Of a stretch of 64,000 nucleotides of DNA, positions 19,082 through 29,443 are shown one piece after another. The DNA lies in the IMG/VR virus record IMGVR_UViG_3300025849_003059, positions 15,929 to 79,928 of that record. One strand, given 5' to 3'. Each line of letters begins with the position of its first letter. The first letter of the stretch is position 1. The position numbers and the translations under genes were made by a program. The DNA is from a virus. The notes below the pieces were generated by a model, which worked only from the letters and a program-made list of their open reading frames with translations, did not search any database and was not told the DNA's origin.

Positions 19082-20009
19082 AATGTTTGTATGTTCTTTT
19101 TATTCCTTGTTCGAATCCTAGTTTTGGTAACAACTCATATTTTTCTTGAATTTTGGTTGACATTTTTCTTCTCATATCACCATTAGGTTTAGTTGTATCC
19201 CAATTAATTTTTATTTCCTTACCACTTGCTTTGGCAACAGTTTCAATCATTCTTTTTATTGATATTTCTTCACCACTACCTAAGTTAGTAGTTATGTGTA
19301 ATTTATCTTCATAACATCTTATACATCCTTCTGCTACATCATCTGCATAAATGAAATCTCTTGTAGGTGTTCCATCTCCCCATGCCTCAATTTCATCAGT
19401 TGCCTCATAAATCTTTCTACAAGTTGCACCAATTACAGTTGCACCTTCACCAAAGTTATCATATTCACCAAAAATATTTGCTGGTCTTACAATTGTCCAC
19501 TTATCATATCCATGTTGTACTTTATATGCTTCTAAATACAACTCTGGTATTCTTTTACTCCAAGATGGAAACCAATCATTTGGTGATGGAAGTGTTTTCC
19601 AAACTGTATCTTCTATAAATTCTTCTGCTGGTTCATATACACCAACTGAACTCATGAAAACCAACCAACAATTATGTTTATGACAATTTTCAATTATATT
19701 AATATTACCTTTAATAGATGGTTCTAAAAAATCTAATGGTTTTTCTTTTGCTCTGATTGGTGAACCTTTAATTCCAAATGCATTAATTACACCATCAAAC
19801 TTATAATATTCAAAGAACACTTCTAATTCTTTTGAATTACGAATATCCATTCTTTCAAAATGAAATTCTGTTTCTGATGGTAAAAATTTAGAATAGTTTA
19901 TATCAATTCCAATTACTCTATACCCTCGTCTTATTAAACCATGAGTTAGATATGTACCAACTAACCCACTACAACCTGTTACTAATATTGTTCCTAAAAA
20001 ACTACCCAT
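19065..20009 (-). CDS. NAD-dependent epimerase/reductase (GDP-fucose synthase-like)
   Basis: TGCSGLVG, RPANIFGEYDN, WGDGTPTRDFIYADD and WDTTKPNG. Confidence 0.85.
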   Translation of the reverse strand: MGSFLGTILVTGCSGLVGTYLTHGLIRRGYRVIGIDINYSKFLPSETEFHFERMDIRNSKELEVFFEYYKFDGVINAFGIKGSPIRAKEKPLDFLEPSIKGNINIIENCHKHNCWLVFMSSVGVYEPAEEFIEDTVWKTLPSPNDWFPSWSKRIPELYLEAYKVQHGYDKWTIVRPANIFGEYDNFGEGATVIGATCRKIYEATDEIEAWGDGTPTRDFIYADDVAEGCIRCYEDKLHITTNLGSGEEISIKRMIETVAKASGKEIKINWDTTKPNGDMRRKMSTKIQEKYELLPKLGFEQGIKRTYKHYEKNR

Positions 20010-20632
20010 TTGCCTGTCCCATAATGTGGGAATTTTGATTCATACTTATAATAGATTACATCTTTTGGTATTTCTCTTTGAATACCACCCCATGTATCTA
20101 ATGTTGGGGTATTTGTACTTACACCATTATCTTCCACAACAAAGTGAAGTGGTAAATCATAGTTTCTCGCATATTTGTGAACTTCATAGAAGATTCCACT
20201 TTCAAATGCCATATCACCTAAAAAAACCCAAACCTTATTTGGACTACCTTGAAGTTTTAAAGCCTTTGCTACACCAAGTGCTATTGGTAAAGTACCAGTT
20301 ACAATTGCTGATGAATAAAATTTAGAATCTTTATCTACAATTGTGATAGATTTACCATCTAATATTTTTTGTTTTAATACTGAAGGTTCTACTCCATGTA
20401 AAAGTGCATGATAATGTGACCTCCAAGTTGAAAATACCCAATCTTCTATACCAATTTTATTAAATATTTTGATAAGTTCACTTTCATTACCATTTGATAA
20501 ATGAATGGGTCCTTTGATTTCTCCATTTTCCCAATGTGAAATGATATCGTTTTCAAAATCAATTAAATCTTGTTTTGACCAATTTCCATCAACCCATCTA
20601 TCTTCGTGATAATCTAAATTTTTAATGTTCAT
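19994..20632 (-). CDS. TPP-dependent E1-alpha-like subunit
   Basis: TPP-binding motif LGDMAFESG...VVEDNG, plus IHLSNGNE and WRSHYH. Confidence 0.85.
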   Translation of the reverse strand: MNIKNLDYHEDRWVDGNWSKQDLIDFENDIISHWENGEIKGPIHLSNGNESELIKIFNKIGIEDWVFSTWRSHYHALLHGVEPSVLKQKILDGKSITIVDKDSKFYSSAIVTGTLPIALGVAKALKLQGSPNKVWVFLGDMAFESGIFYEVHKYARNYDLPLHFVVEDNGVSTNTPTLDTWGGIQREIPKDVIYYKYESKFPHYGTGKWVVF

Positions 20633-21206
20633 ATCTGTCTCGTTTTGATAAGATTGGTGATTGTACTGGCCAATCTATTTTAAATCGTTTATCGTTAAAC
20701 ACAATGGTTTTCTGTGCGGTTTCATCGTTGTACTCACCTTGGTATGCCATTTTGTAAAAGAACATTGAATTATCTTCCATAACAAAATGTCCATTTGCAA
20801 ACATTGGTGGTATAAGAACTTGTGTACCAGTTTCAGGTGAAAGTACAAATGATTCCCATTTTCCATAAGTTGTTGAATGGGGTCTAACATCCAATACTAC
20901 TAAGTAAATTTTACCATGAGGACAACTAACTAATTTCCAAGTTTTCTCATCATAGTGCATTCCTCTAAGAACTCCATACTTTGATTTTGAAAATCTATCG
21001 TGTTTAAATTGTAATCCTTTGTTTCTTTCATTTGCAGGTAATAACCTATCATAATAATCTGAATGATATGTTGTAGATATTGAACCTCTGAACTCGTAAT
21101 AAGTAGATGGTTGTACTACCTTCACTTCATTGAGCACTGAACCATTGTAATAATGGAAATCATTCCAATCTCTTTCTTTATAAAATATACTTCTATTTAA
21201 TGCCAT
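20622..21206 (-). CDS. rfbC: dTDP-4-dehydrorhamnose 3,5-epimerase (cupin)
   Basis: SKSKYGVLRGMHY, KLVSCPHG...VVLDVR and FANGHF. Confidence 0.88.
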   Translation of the reverse strand: MALNRSIFYKERDWNDFHYYNGSVLNEVKVVQPSTYYEFRGSISTTYHSDYYDRLLPANERNKGLQFKHDRFSKSKYGVLRGMHYDEKTWKLVSCPHGKIYLVVLDVRPHSTTYGKWESFVLSPETGTQVLIPPMFANGHFVMEDNSMFFYKMAYQGEYNDETAQKTIVFNDKRFKIDWPVQSPILSKRDRYEH

Positions 21207-22158
21207 AACCTAGTGGAAAATCATTTCTATATTTAGAACTTAAATCTGATATTAGAATTGTGTAAGTTTTTATTAACTCTTCTATACCCTTTTCTAATGT
21301 ATATTGAGGTTTCCATGCATTAGATTCTAATTTTTGATTAGATACTACATAATCTCTTTTATCAGGGTCCTCGTAATTATCGTTGTAGAAAATTTGAAAA
21401 GATGGTATCTGTTCTTGTATTGCTTCACACAATTGTTGTTTAGTAAGATTTGCTTCTGATAACCCTACATTGTACACTTCACCACTATGTAGATAATATT
21501 CTTCAATCATACTTCTAAATACCAAAGCAACATCTCTGATGTGAATGAAGTTTCTTACAAATTTCTTTTCAAATAATACTATGGATTTATCTGTTAGGGC
21601 TTTGTAAACAAATTCGTTTACTAATAAATCCATTCTCATTCTTGGTGAAGTTCCAAAAACAGTAGCAAGACGTAAAGAGATTCCTCCTATCCCAAGAACC
21701 TCTTTTTCTGCCTCAACTTTGGTTTTTCCATAGTGGGAAATCGGGTTAAGTGGACTTTCTTCAGTACACACCCCATTCTCTCCTATCCCATATCCACTAT
21801 TTGTGTTCGGATAAACCACCTTTTTATCATTTTCTTTTGCAATATCACAAACAAACTTAACGTGCTCGTAATTTATTTGTGTTGCTAATTCTTTATCTCT
21901 TTCACAAGCAGGAAATCCTACGATTGCTGCAAGTGGAATAATTACATCATTTTGTAATACTAATTCTTTTAGTAATTCTTTATCTCTTACATCACCATTA
22001 ATGAATTTAAAAGTTTCATAGTGTGAAAAGTTTATAACAGATGTTTGATTATACATCATGTTATCTAATATTGTAACTTGTTTTGAATCTTGTAATAATA
22101 CTTCTGTAATTACAGAACCTAAGTAACCTGCACCACCAGTAATTAGTATTTTTGTCAT
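21193..22158 (-). CDS. NAD-dependent epimerase/dehydratase (extended SDR)
   Basis: TGGAGYLG, YGKTK and LRLATVFG. Confidence 0.88.
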   Translation of the reverse strand: MTKILITGGAGYLGSVITEVLLQDSKQVTILDNMMYNQTSVINFSHYETFKFINGDVRDKELLKELVLQNDVIIPLAAIVGFPACERDKELATQINYEHVKFVCDIAKENDKKVVYPNTNSGYGIGENGVCTEESPLNPISHYGKTKVEAEKEVLGIGGISLRLATVFGTSPRMRMDLLVNEFVYKALTDKSIVLFEKKFVRNFIHIRDVALVFRSMIEEYYLHSGEVYNVGLSEANLTKQQLCEAIQEQIPSFQIFYNDNYEDPDKRDYVVSNQKLESNAWKPQYTLEKGIEELIKTYTILISDLSSKYRNDFPLGYGIK

Positions 22159-23357
22159 AAAACTGTATTTTTAATAATCAATTCATTTAATTCGCTAAAT
22201 GTATTTGAAAACGATTGATTTCTTGAGTTATCTAAAATTTTATTTTTTAAAATAAAGTTATCCCACGAATTTCTATTAAAATCTTTTGAATTCATGCTAT
22301 TCAAAACACCGAACATACTATCTTTAACATGAGGTGGAATATATTCCTTATATAAATATATATTAAATTTTTTATTTATCGTATTTTTTACAGCATTTGG
22401 TAAGTTTGATGGTGCATAAAAATCAGGCCATGATACATCAATAAAGTATGGATTCATTTTCATGTCCAAACACCAATCTACTAATTCATCTAAATAAAAT
22501 ATACTTAAATTTGTAACTGTAACTGCAACGTCAAAATCAATTTTATCTGATTTGTATTTTAACCAGTTTTCAATATTAGATTTTACTTGATTCCAATCTC
22601 CATGGTGTCTTATATAATTAAACCTATCTTTAGTAGCATCAATAGAGAATGAAATAACTACTCTTTTAAATTGTTTAAGTATATCAATATATTCTTCTCT
22701 AAATATTGTACCATTTGTATTAAAATGTAGTTCTTGATTTTTAGAATATCCAAGTTCTATCGATTTTTTTAGAGTTTCCCATTGTTTTTTTATCAACATT
22801 GGTTCTCCACCGTACATATCAATGTGTGTTATCTCGGATAGGTTCTCTTCAATCTCATTCCAAAAAATTGAAGAATCATCATATGATTTATAATAAGTTT
22901 TTACCCATTCTTTATAAACATTATCATCAGAATGACCACCACTATCATCATGTAGTATTCTATGTTCATCAAACCATTTAATTGATGCACCAACTGAACA
23001 CATTCTACAAGCAAGATTACAAGTATTACCAAGATTTAGTTCTAAAAATTTTAATTTAATAGAATCATCTATATGAAATCGTTCATTATCATTTATTCTT
23101 TTACTTTTATTTGAATTTTTTTCATCTACCCAACATCGTTTACACCCATCGTGTTTAATCCCATTTTCCAAATCCTCAATAAGTTGTTTCCTATCAGGAC
23201 TGTGCATCATTTCTTCAAAAGTGTGTGTATCGGTTTTTATGATATTTCCTTTTGTATCTTTGAATGGTTTAGATTCATCGTAATAACAACATGGGGTGAT
23301 ATAACCACCATTTGCTACTCGTAATCCACTATAAGAATGTACACATCTTAAATCCAT
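22155..23357 (-). CDS. Radical SAM protein with N-terminal SPASM/twitch-like Cys cluster (1 of 6)
   Basis: CNLACRMC and GGEP; N-terminal C...PCC...CKRC. Confidence 0.9.
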   Translation of the reverse strand: MDLRCVHSYSGLRVANGGYITPCCYYDESKPFKDTKGNIIKTDTHTFEEMMHSPDRKQLIEDLENGIKHDGCKRCWVDEKNSNKSKRINDNERFHIDDSIKLKFLELNLGNTCNLACRMCSVGASIKWFDEHRILHDDSGGHSDDNVYKEWVKTYYKSYDDSSIFWNEIEENLSEITHIDMYGGEPMLIKKQWETLKKSIELGYSKNQELHFNTNGTIFREEYIDILKQFKRVVISFSIDATKDRFNYIRHHGDWNQVKSNIENWLKYKSDKIDFDVAVTVTNLSIFYLDELVDWCLDMKMNPYFIDVSWPDFYAPSNLPNAVKNTINKKFNIYLYKEYIPPHVKDSMFGVLNSMNSKDFNRNSWDNFILKNKILDNSRNQSFSNTFSELNELIIKNTVL

Positions 23358-23689
23358 TATGATTCTATAATTTTAAAATTATCAAATATTTCAATATATT
23401 CTTTTAATTTTTTTGAAAGTATTTTATTTAAATCAATTCCATCTAAAATTGATTTTCTTTTATTTTTTACAACAATCAAAAATGTATTTGAATTATCATT
23501 TAACATTTGGGATGTTAGTCGATGTGTTAATGTTTTTTTATGGTTTGGATATTTTTCTTTGAATGATTTTTTATCAGTAATTGTATTTTTTAGTATATTT
23601 GATAAATTTTCTTTTTGATAATTAAATGGTACATATCCATTTGGTGTTAAAAAATCATACACAACGTAAAACTTTGTAAAATCTCTCAT
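23357..23689 (-). CDS. Hypothetical protein resembling the N-terminus of the TEK-family proteins
   Basis: YDFLTPNGYVP compared with YDIIGPHGPIPNG in the 16130 gene. Confidence 0.55.
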   Translation of the reverse strand: MRDFTKFYVVYDFLTPNGYVPFNYQKENLSNILKNTITDKKSFKEKYPNHKKTLTHRLTSQMLNDNSNTFLIVVKNKRKSILDGIDLNKILSKKLKEYIEIFDNFKIIES

Positions 23690-25110
23690 AATTTTACATT
23701 TACCATCTTTGCTTTTGGTGATATTTCTTCAATACTAACTAATTCATACTTTAAAGAATTCATACCATCGGATTTATAATCCCAATCACCTTGTTGCATT
23801 TGTCTTATATATCTTCTTTCGTTTCTTGCGGTTGTTTCTCCCTTTTTCCACTTACCATCAATTAATCCTTCATCTTCATGTTCTAAACAAAACATTCTAC
23901 CAGGTACTCTGTGTGGTACTGTTGTGTATGGGATGTTAATATCTTCTTTTATATATTCACAGTTATTTATTTTACCTTCCACTTCATCAATTAAATCAAT
24001 TGCTTTACCTTTTTTAAAATTCATGTGAAATACCAATCCATCATCTGTCGGTTTTTTCGAAAGATTTTCTACTTCTTCTTTTGATAGTGGTCTATCCCAC
24101 ATCTTTACATCTGCTATATCTCCTTTAAACCATTTAGATACATCATTATCTTCAACTGATGTTGTTGTTCCTAAATAATATGGAGTATTTCCATATCTCT
24201 TTAAATGTCCTTCAAAATATTGAGGTGATTTAGTACCAGTACCCCATCTAGCATCAGATTCTTTTCCATTCATATATAAATGAACTTTACCATCATCTAC
24301 AACTAAAGTAACCCATGCCCATAATCCTTCGTAGCGTTTCATCCATTGATATAAATGATTTCCTTTATTGTTCCAAAGTTGAGCTGTGTACGCTCTTGAG
24401 TTATTATAAGATAATCCCCAATCATATCCTGGTCGTCTGAATATGGGGTATTCTACAAATCTCCTATCTTCATCACCAATCAAGTAAATAGGAACTTTAT
24501 CTTCTTGTTGTTGTGCTCGTACTAAAACAGAAACAGTATGTTCTCTTGTAGTAACATTTCTAAGTTTTCTTGATGTTGGTATTTCTACATAAGATGAATT
24601 ACCATCAAATCTTAAAAATTCCATATCTTTACCATCAAAATCCATGTAAGTATCATCTGCATAACCTTCTAATACACATCTCCAAAACAAATCATCATCT
24701 TCCATACCCCAATCCCAATAATCATTAGAGTATCCATTAGTATTCATTACTTGCTCTTTTGAAAATAAAATTGCTCCACCAAAATATTCTTCATATTTTA
24801 GTTCATAGTTCATTTGTGAAATTTGAGTTGCAATATGTCTTGGTTTTTCAGTAGGGTAGGAATAATCACATCCTTCTTCTGGTACCATATCGATATCATG
24901 CCAAACAATATAATCACAACCATCCTTGAATGCTTGTTCTGCAGCAATATTTTTCATTGCACCTCTGTTAAATAACTTATCATCTGTTTGGTGACCAAAA
25001 TACATACAATAGTCGATACCCCTTTCTTCAAGAAATTTACCAATTCTTGGTACAAACTCCTTTAGATGGGCTTCTCTGTTTCTATATGGTACACAAACTC
25101 CTAGTTTCAT
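23686..25110 (-). CDS. GT7 (beta-1,4-galactosyltransferase-like) with inserted LamG domain (1 of 3)
   Basis: VPYRNR, FNRG, HDIDM, YFGG and WGMEDDD; LamG FDGNSSYV...GDIADVKMWDRPLS; tail DGMNSLKY. Likely start ATG at 25110 (MKLGV). Confidence 0.88.
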   Translation of the reverse strand: MKLGVCVPYRNREAHLKEFVPRIGKFLEERGIDYCMYFGHQTDDKLFNRGAMKNIAAEQAFKDGCDYIVWHDIDMVPEEGCDYSYPTEKPRHIATQISQMNYELKYEEYFGGAILFSKEQVMNTNGYSNDYWDWGMEDDDLFWRCVLEGYADDTYMDFDGKDMEFLRFDGNSSYVEIPTSRKLRNVTTREHTVSVLVRAQQQEDKVPIYLIGDEDRRFVEYPIFRRPGYDWGLSYNNSRAYTAQLWNNKGNHLYQWMKRYEGLWAWVTLVVDDGKVHLYMNGKESDARWGTGTKSPQYFEGHLKRYGNTPYYLGTTTSVEDNDVSKWFKGDIADVKMWDRPLSKEEVENLSKKPTDDGLVFHMNFKKGKAIDLIDEVEGKINNCEYIKEDINIPYTTVPHRVPGRMFCLEHEDEGLIDGKWKKGETTARNERRYIRQMQQGDWDYKSDGMNSLKYELVSIEEISPKAKMVNVKL

Positions 25111-25517
25111 ATTGAATCTGCAATTGCTTGTTTGAATTTTGTTGTACTCCATCCATGAGAACGGTCTATCCAATGAATAAGAGTACCAATTTCTTTTCCT
25201 GTGTAATCTTTATCTACATAATCATCTCCTAAGAATCTTACATCAGGATTTATACTTTTAATTAAAAATAAAAGTTCTTCTTCTGTATTATAGGTAAGTA
25301 TTGTGTGATACCATGTAAACTGTTTTAACATTTCCCTTCTTTCATCTACCGAAAGAATTGGTTTTTTCTTTTCAGGTCTTTCAATAGTTGGGTCATCATG
25401 TAATAGTATAAATAATTTTTCACAATTATTTTCTATTTCTTGAAACATTTTTAGATAACCTGGATGTAAAACATCGAAGTTACCACAAATGATTCCTATT
25501 TCTGGTGTTTCTTTCAT
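25107..25517 (-). CDS. Cytidylyltransferase (TagD/RfaE-II-like)
   Basis: GNFDVLHPGY, ERREML, LGDDY and WSTT. Confidence 0.85.
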   Translation of the reverse strand: MKETPEIGIICGNFDVLHPGYLKMFQEIENNCEKLFILLHDDPTIERPEKKKPILSVDERREMLKQFTWYHTILTYNTEEELLFLIKSINPDVRFLGDDYVDKDYTGKEIGTLIHWIDRSHGWSTTKFKQAIADSI

Positions 25518-26776
25518 AATATAGGATTTAATGATTGATATAATTCAGGAAATATATCTTTCCATTTTTCTTTTCTAAATCTATCTACTCTTTCAGTAGT
25601 ATCAATAAACGTTTCTCGTTCACCATTGTAATCTGCATTATAATATCTACCATAAACATCCTCATAAAACTCATCTGATAATAATCCTTTAATAGAATCC
25701 AATTTTTCTTGTCTATCTTTTTTTGGAATGATATTTGCTGATTGGTATTCGGGTGCATGAACGTGATTTGAAATTACTCTCCTAATCAAACCACTTCCAT
25801 CTAAGTTGAATATACCACGTTTTACTAAATACTGAGTAAGTTCTTCCATATAAAGAAAATTAAAAGAACTTAATGTTTGTGTAATAGTATAGTAAAAATT
25901 ATGGTCATTATATTGAGTAATAAATTTCTTTATATTATCTATTGTTAATTTAAAGTTTGCATTTTTTCTAATATAATCATTTCTATCACCAAAATCATCT
26001 ACTGATATTGAAATACCAACAAATTGAAAATGTTTTAATTTTTCTAATGCTGGTTTTATCTTTTCAAAATCATAATTAGCATTTGTGATATAAAATATTT
26101 TCATTCTACTTGCTAATCCATCTTCAATTAATCTATCCAATAACTTAAAGTGTTTTGGAACTAAAAATGGTTCTCCACCACTAATATGTAATTGGTCTAT
26201 CATTGGAGAATGTGATATTAGTGCATCATAAAAAGTTTCATCTTCTACCCAATCATAGTTAGTATATTTTTTTTCTTGTAACTCATCATAATTACTTGGA
26301 AAATTTACCTCATCTTTCAATTTCATATAATCAGTAATCCAACTCGTTGATGATTCTGCATTACAACTTCTACATTTTAAATTACAATAGTTACCTAATC
26401 TAATTTCTACATTTCGTAAATCAATTGAAATAGTTCCATCTTCTTTTGTGGATTTATCAACATCAGTCATATAAAATGAATCTTTCTGTCTTTTACTTTT
26501 ACCACCTGCTAATTCTACATCATGACAAGTTTTACACGCTGGTGGAACTTCACCATTTACCATTTGCTTTCTGATTTCTTTAAATGAATCAGAATTTACA
26601 ATTGCTGGAATTCCTTCACGAATGTTTATTTTTTCATACCCACCATCAGATAAAATATTTGATGCAGCAGATTGGCCATGTGCGTGATTAGATACACAAC
26701 AAACAGAACAAACTCCATGTGGATGAACACTAATGTGTTTCCAAGGTAAATCACATAAAAATCTTGTTTCTTCCAT
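25514..26776 (-). CDS. Radical SAM protein (2 of 6)
   Basis: CNLKCRSC and SGGEPF; N-terminal CDLPW...VCC...CKTC. Confidence 0.9.
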   Translation of the reverse strand: MEETRFLCDLPWKHISVHPHGVCSVCCVSNHAHGQSAASNILSDGGYEKINIREGIPAIVNSDSFKEIRKQMVNGEVPPACKTCHDVELAGGKSKRQKDSFYMTDVDKSTKEDGTISIDLRNVEIRLGNYCNLKCRSCNAESSTSWITDYMKLKDEVNFPSNYDELQEKKYTNYDWVEDETFYDALISHSPMIDQLHISGGEPFLVPKHFKLLDRLIEDGLASRMKIFYITNANYDFEKIKPALEKLKHFQFVGISISVDDFGDRNDYIRKNANFKLTIDNIKKFITQYNDHNFYYTITQTLSSFNFLYMEELTQYLVKRGIFNLDGSGLIRRVISNHVHAPEYQSANIIPKKDRQEKLDSIKGLLSDEFYEDVYGRYYNADYNGERETFIDTTERVDRFRKEKWKDIFPELYQSLNPIL

Positions 26777-28080
26777 TAGTAAAGTTTATTCATTGATAAC
26801 CCTTTATCATGTGGAATGGCGTTGTACCATTCTGCATACTCTGGGTTTATGTCTACAAATCTAAATTTTTCTTCTCTACCATCATCCAATAATTCTGTTG
26901 TATATTTTAATGCTTTTTCAACTTGGTCTTGTGTTTGTGCCAAGGGTTCATCTAAGAAATTAAAAATACTTTCATATTTAGGTCTTAATTCATTTGCATT
27001 TTCATCATCTAATGATTTTAAATGTCTTATATATCTTTTCTTAACTTCTTGTTTTAATGAATCTGGTAAAATATTGATATGATAGTGATGAGGATTTGTT
27101 AATACATTGTTAAGATGGATATTAAAATGAGGTACACCCAAACTTTTCATATGTTCAATAAAATCTGGTATCTGTAATACGTTAAATATGTTAGTTGTAC
27201 ATGATACATGAAAATTTATGTTTGCATCTAAACATTTTTTTATATTATCTTCAATAACATTCCACTTTGTACCTTTACGAGAATATTCTGCACTGTCACC
27301 ATATCCATCTATTGATGCAAATATTGTTACATTACCATAATCTTGTTCTATAAATGGTTTCCACAATTCTAAATTATCATATTGTTTAAATTTAAGATAT
27401 CCTAAATTTGTATTATATCGTAATCTTAAATTTGTATTTCCTACTTCAACAAGTTTTTGTAATATGTAATAATGTTCCTCCATTAAAAGCGGTTCACCTC
27501 CTGCAAAATATATTTCTTCTACACTACGAACAAATTCATCTAAGTAAAGGTTTATGTCTTTTTTAGAATAATCATTTATATTAATAATTGCCTTTGGTAA
27601 TGGAGAACCCCCATATAGTTTTACTTCATCCTCATACCATTTAGAAGATAAAAATGAACCACACATTCTACACTTCATATTACATAGATTTGAGAATCTA
27701 AAATCCCAATAAAGTAATTTGAAATCATCATTATGACCATCTTCAGAAGTGTTATCTGTTAATGTTGGAATATGTTTCTCAAACCAACGATTTGAAGAGG
27801 TTCTCGTTGAATCTAATCCATTTTCTTCTTGTTGATAACACTTTCTACAACTATTGTGTTTCTCTCCACTCAGCATATCTTTACGAATGGATTTCATTGA
27901 ATCATTGTTCCATATTTCTTCTAAAGTATTATCTTTTAGATTTCCAACTTCTTCTCTCCAATCAGTAAGACAACAAGGATACACATTACCATTAGGCCAT
28001 GTATTTAAATGTATCCAAGGTAATACACAAAACGATTTAGATACTTTATCTCCAGGATTTTCTAATTTCTGATTATCCAT
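26776..28080 (-). CDS. Radical SAM protein (3 of 6)
   Basis: CNMKCRMC and AGGEP; N-terminal CVLPW...PCC...CRKC. Confidence 0.9.
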   Translation of the reverse strand: MDNQKLENPGDKVSKSFCVLPWIHLNTWPNGNVYPCCLTDWREEVGNLKDNTLEEIWNNDSMKSIRKDMLSGEKHNSCRKCYQQEENGLDSTRTSSNRWFEKHIPTLTDNTSEDGHNDDFKLLYWDFRFSNLCNMKCRMCGSFLSSKWYEDEVKLYGGSPLPKAIININDYSKKDINLYLDEFVRSVEEIYFAGGEPLLMEEHYYILQKLVEVGNTNLRLRYNTNLGYLKFKQYDNLELWKPFIEQDYGNVTIFASIDGYGDSAEYSRKGTKWNVIEDNIKKCLDANINFHVSCTTNIFNVLQIPDFIEHMKSLGVPHFNIHLNNVLTNPHHYHINILPDSLKQEVKKRYIRHLKSLDDENANELRPKYESIFNFLDEPLAQTQDQVEKALKYTTELLDDGREEKFRFVDINPEYAEWYNAIPHDKGLSMNKLY

Positions 28081-29443
28081 TATCTTCTACCTTTTCAATT
28101 GTTTTTAACGTTTTAAACCAATCTATAAATTCTGTTGGCATATATTCATCTATTGGCATTTTTCTTCTTACTGCATATTGTTCTACGAAGTTTTTGAAAT
28201 CATGGTGTTTATTTTCAAACGTATCGGTATCTTCATATGAAGTATCTACTTTTCTTAAATATTCTATAACTCGTTTAAATTGATTTTCCTCCCAACCAAT
28301 CATATATTCTTTGTTTCTATTTAATGCTTCTTCAATTTTATCTGCCAATTGATTTTTTACTTCTTGTGAAATAATATTAATTGATTGAAATGATGGGAAT
28401 CTTAGAATATTTACAGACATAAAAAATTCTTCTTTATTTACAAACTTTTTTCTCCAATCTATAATTTTATCCATAAACTCAGCTATTGACCAAATAGATA
28501 GTGCTGATATTGTCATCATTATATGAACTGAACGAATGTTTTCAGAATCATGTAATCTAAACATATTTTTTTCCCATGTATCCCACTCAAATCCATCTCG
28601 TACAAACTCTTGGTTTTTACCAATACATTCTGCTGAGGTGTAAACATCAAACGATTTAAAGTTTTTACCAGCATCTATTAAGGTACTTATTCTAGCATCA
28701 TCCATTATAAGATTTGAATTTATTGAAAAGTCAAATGTTTCATTATCACATATTTCAAGTAATTGCCAAAATGAAGGGGAACGCAATGGTTCTCCTCCAG
28801 ATACGCGTAATTCATGTAATCCATGTCTAATCTCTTTAAACCATTCATAAAATTTTGAAATATATGGATTTCTTTGATTTTTAGAACCATACGGCATTGC
28901 ATGATGACCAGTATTTTTGAAGGTATGTCCACCTGATGTTTTCATGTTTTGATATGGGCCTTTTGAAGTAATATCAGTATTCCACGTTGATGAAAATTCA
29001 GCGTTACAATATGAACAAGCAAGATTACATAAATTATCAAATGCCAATTCAACTGTTTTTGGAATTACATTAGCATCCCAAGGCATATTTTTAATTGCTA
29101 ATATTTCTTCTTTGGTGTATCTTTGTGTTTGGTAAACCCTATCTGAAAATATTCCACTTTCTTTTGTTGCAGCATCTTCTACTCTCCAACAATAAGAACA
29201 TTCTGCTGGTCTTTCTCCTTCTAACATTTTTTTACGTTGTTCTTTTTTGAACTGTGTATTGTGTAGTGCAGATTTATCTTTATCTAATTCGGGTCTTGGG
29301 ATTGAATGTGCGAGTGGATGATGACAGGATGCGGTTCTACCATTACCTAACCATATCGATACATTATACCATTTTGCTGCACAAAAGGATTTAGATATTG
29401 AATCTATAACATTTTTAGTTTCTACTAAATGTGAGGTTGACAT
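28073..29443 (-). CDS. Radical SAM protein (4 of 6)
   Basis: CNLACSYC and SGGEP; N-terminal FCAAKW...SCHHP...ECSYCW. Confidence 0.9.
   Translation of the reverse strand: MSTSHLVETKNVIDSISKSFCAAKWYNVSIWLGNGRTASCHHPLAHSIPRPELDKDKSALHNTQFKKEQRKKMLEGERPAECSYCWRVEDAATKESGIFSDRVYQTQRYTKEEILAIKNMPWDANVIPKTVELAFDNLCNLACSYCNAEFSSTWNTDITSKGPYQNMKTSGGHTFKNTGHHAMPYGSKNQRNPYISKFYEWFKEIRHGLHELRVSGGEPLRSPSFWQLLEICDNETFDFSINSNLIMDDARISTLIDAGKNFKSFDVYTSAECIGKNQEFVRDGFEWDTWEKNMFRLHDSENIRSVHIMMTISALSIWSIAEFMDKIIDWRKKFVNKEEFFMSVNILRFPSFQSINIISQEVKNQLADKIEEALNRNKEYMIGWEENQFKRVIEYLRKVDTSYEDTDTFENKHHDFKNFVEQYAVRRKMPIDEYMPTEFIDWFKTLKTIEKVEDNG

Noticed and set aside
17541-20632. Pyruvate dehydrogenase as an auxiliary metabolic gene
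   Set aside because: Both subunits are short, E2/E3 are absent from the window, and the genes are embedded among NDP-sugar enzymes
22350-22358. TATAAATA-like matches inside coding regions (also near 4048, 32468, 42410)
   Set aside because: Expected by chance in AT-rich DNA and not positioned upstream of gene starts
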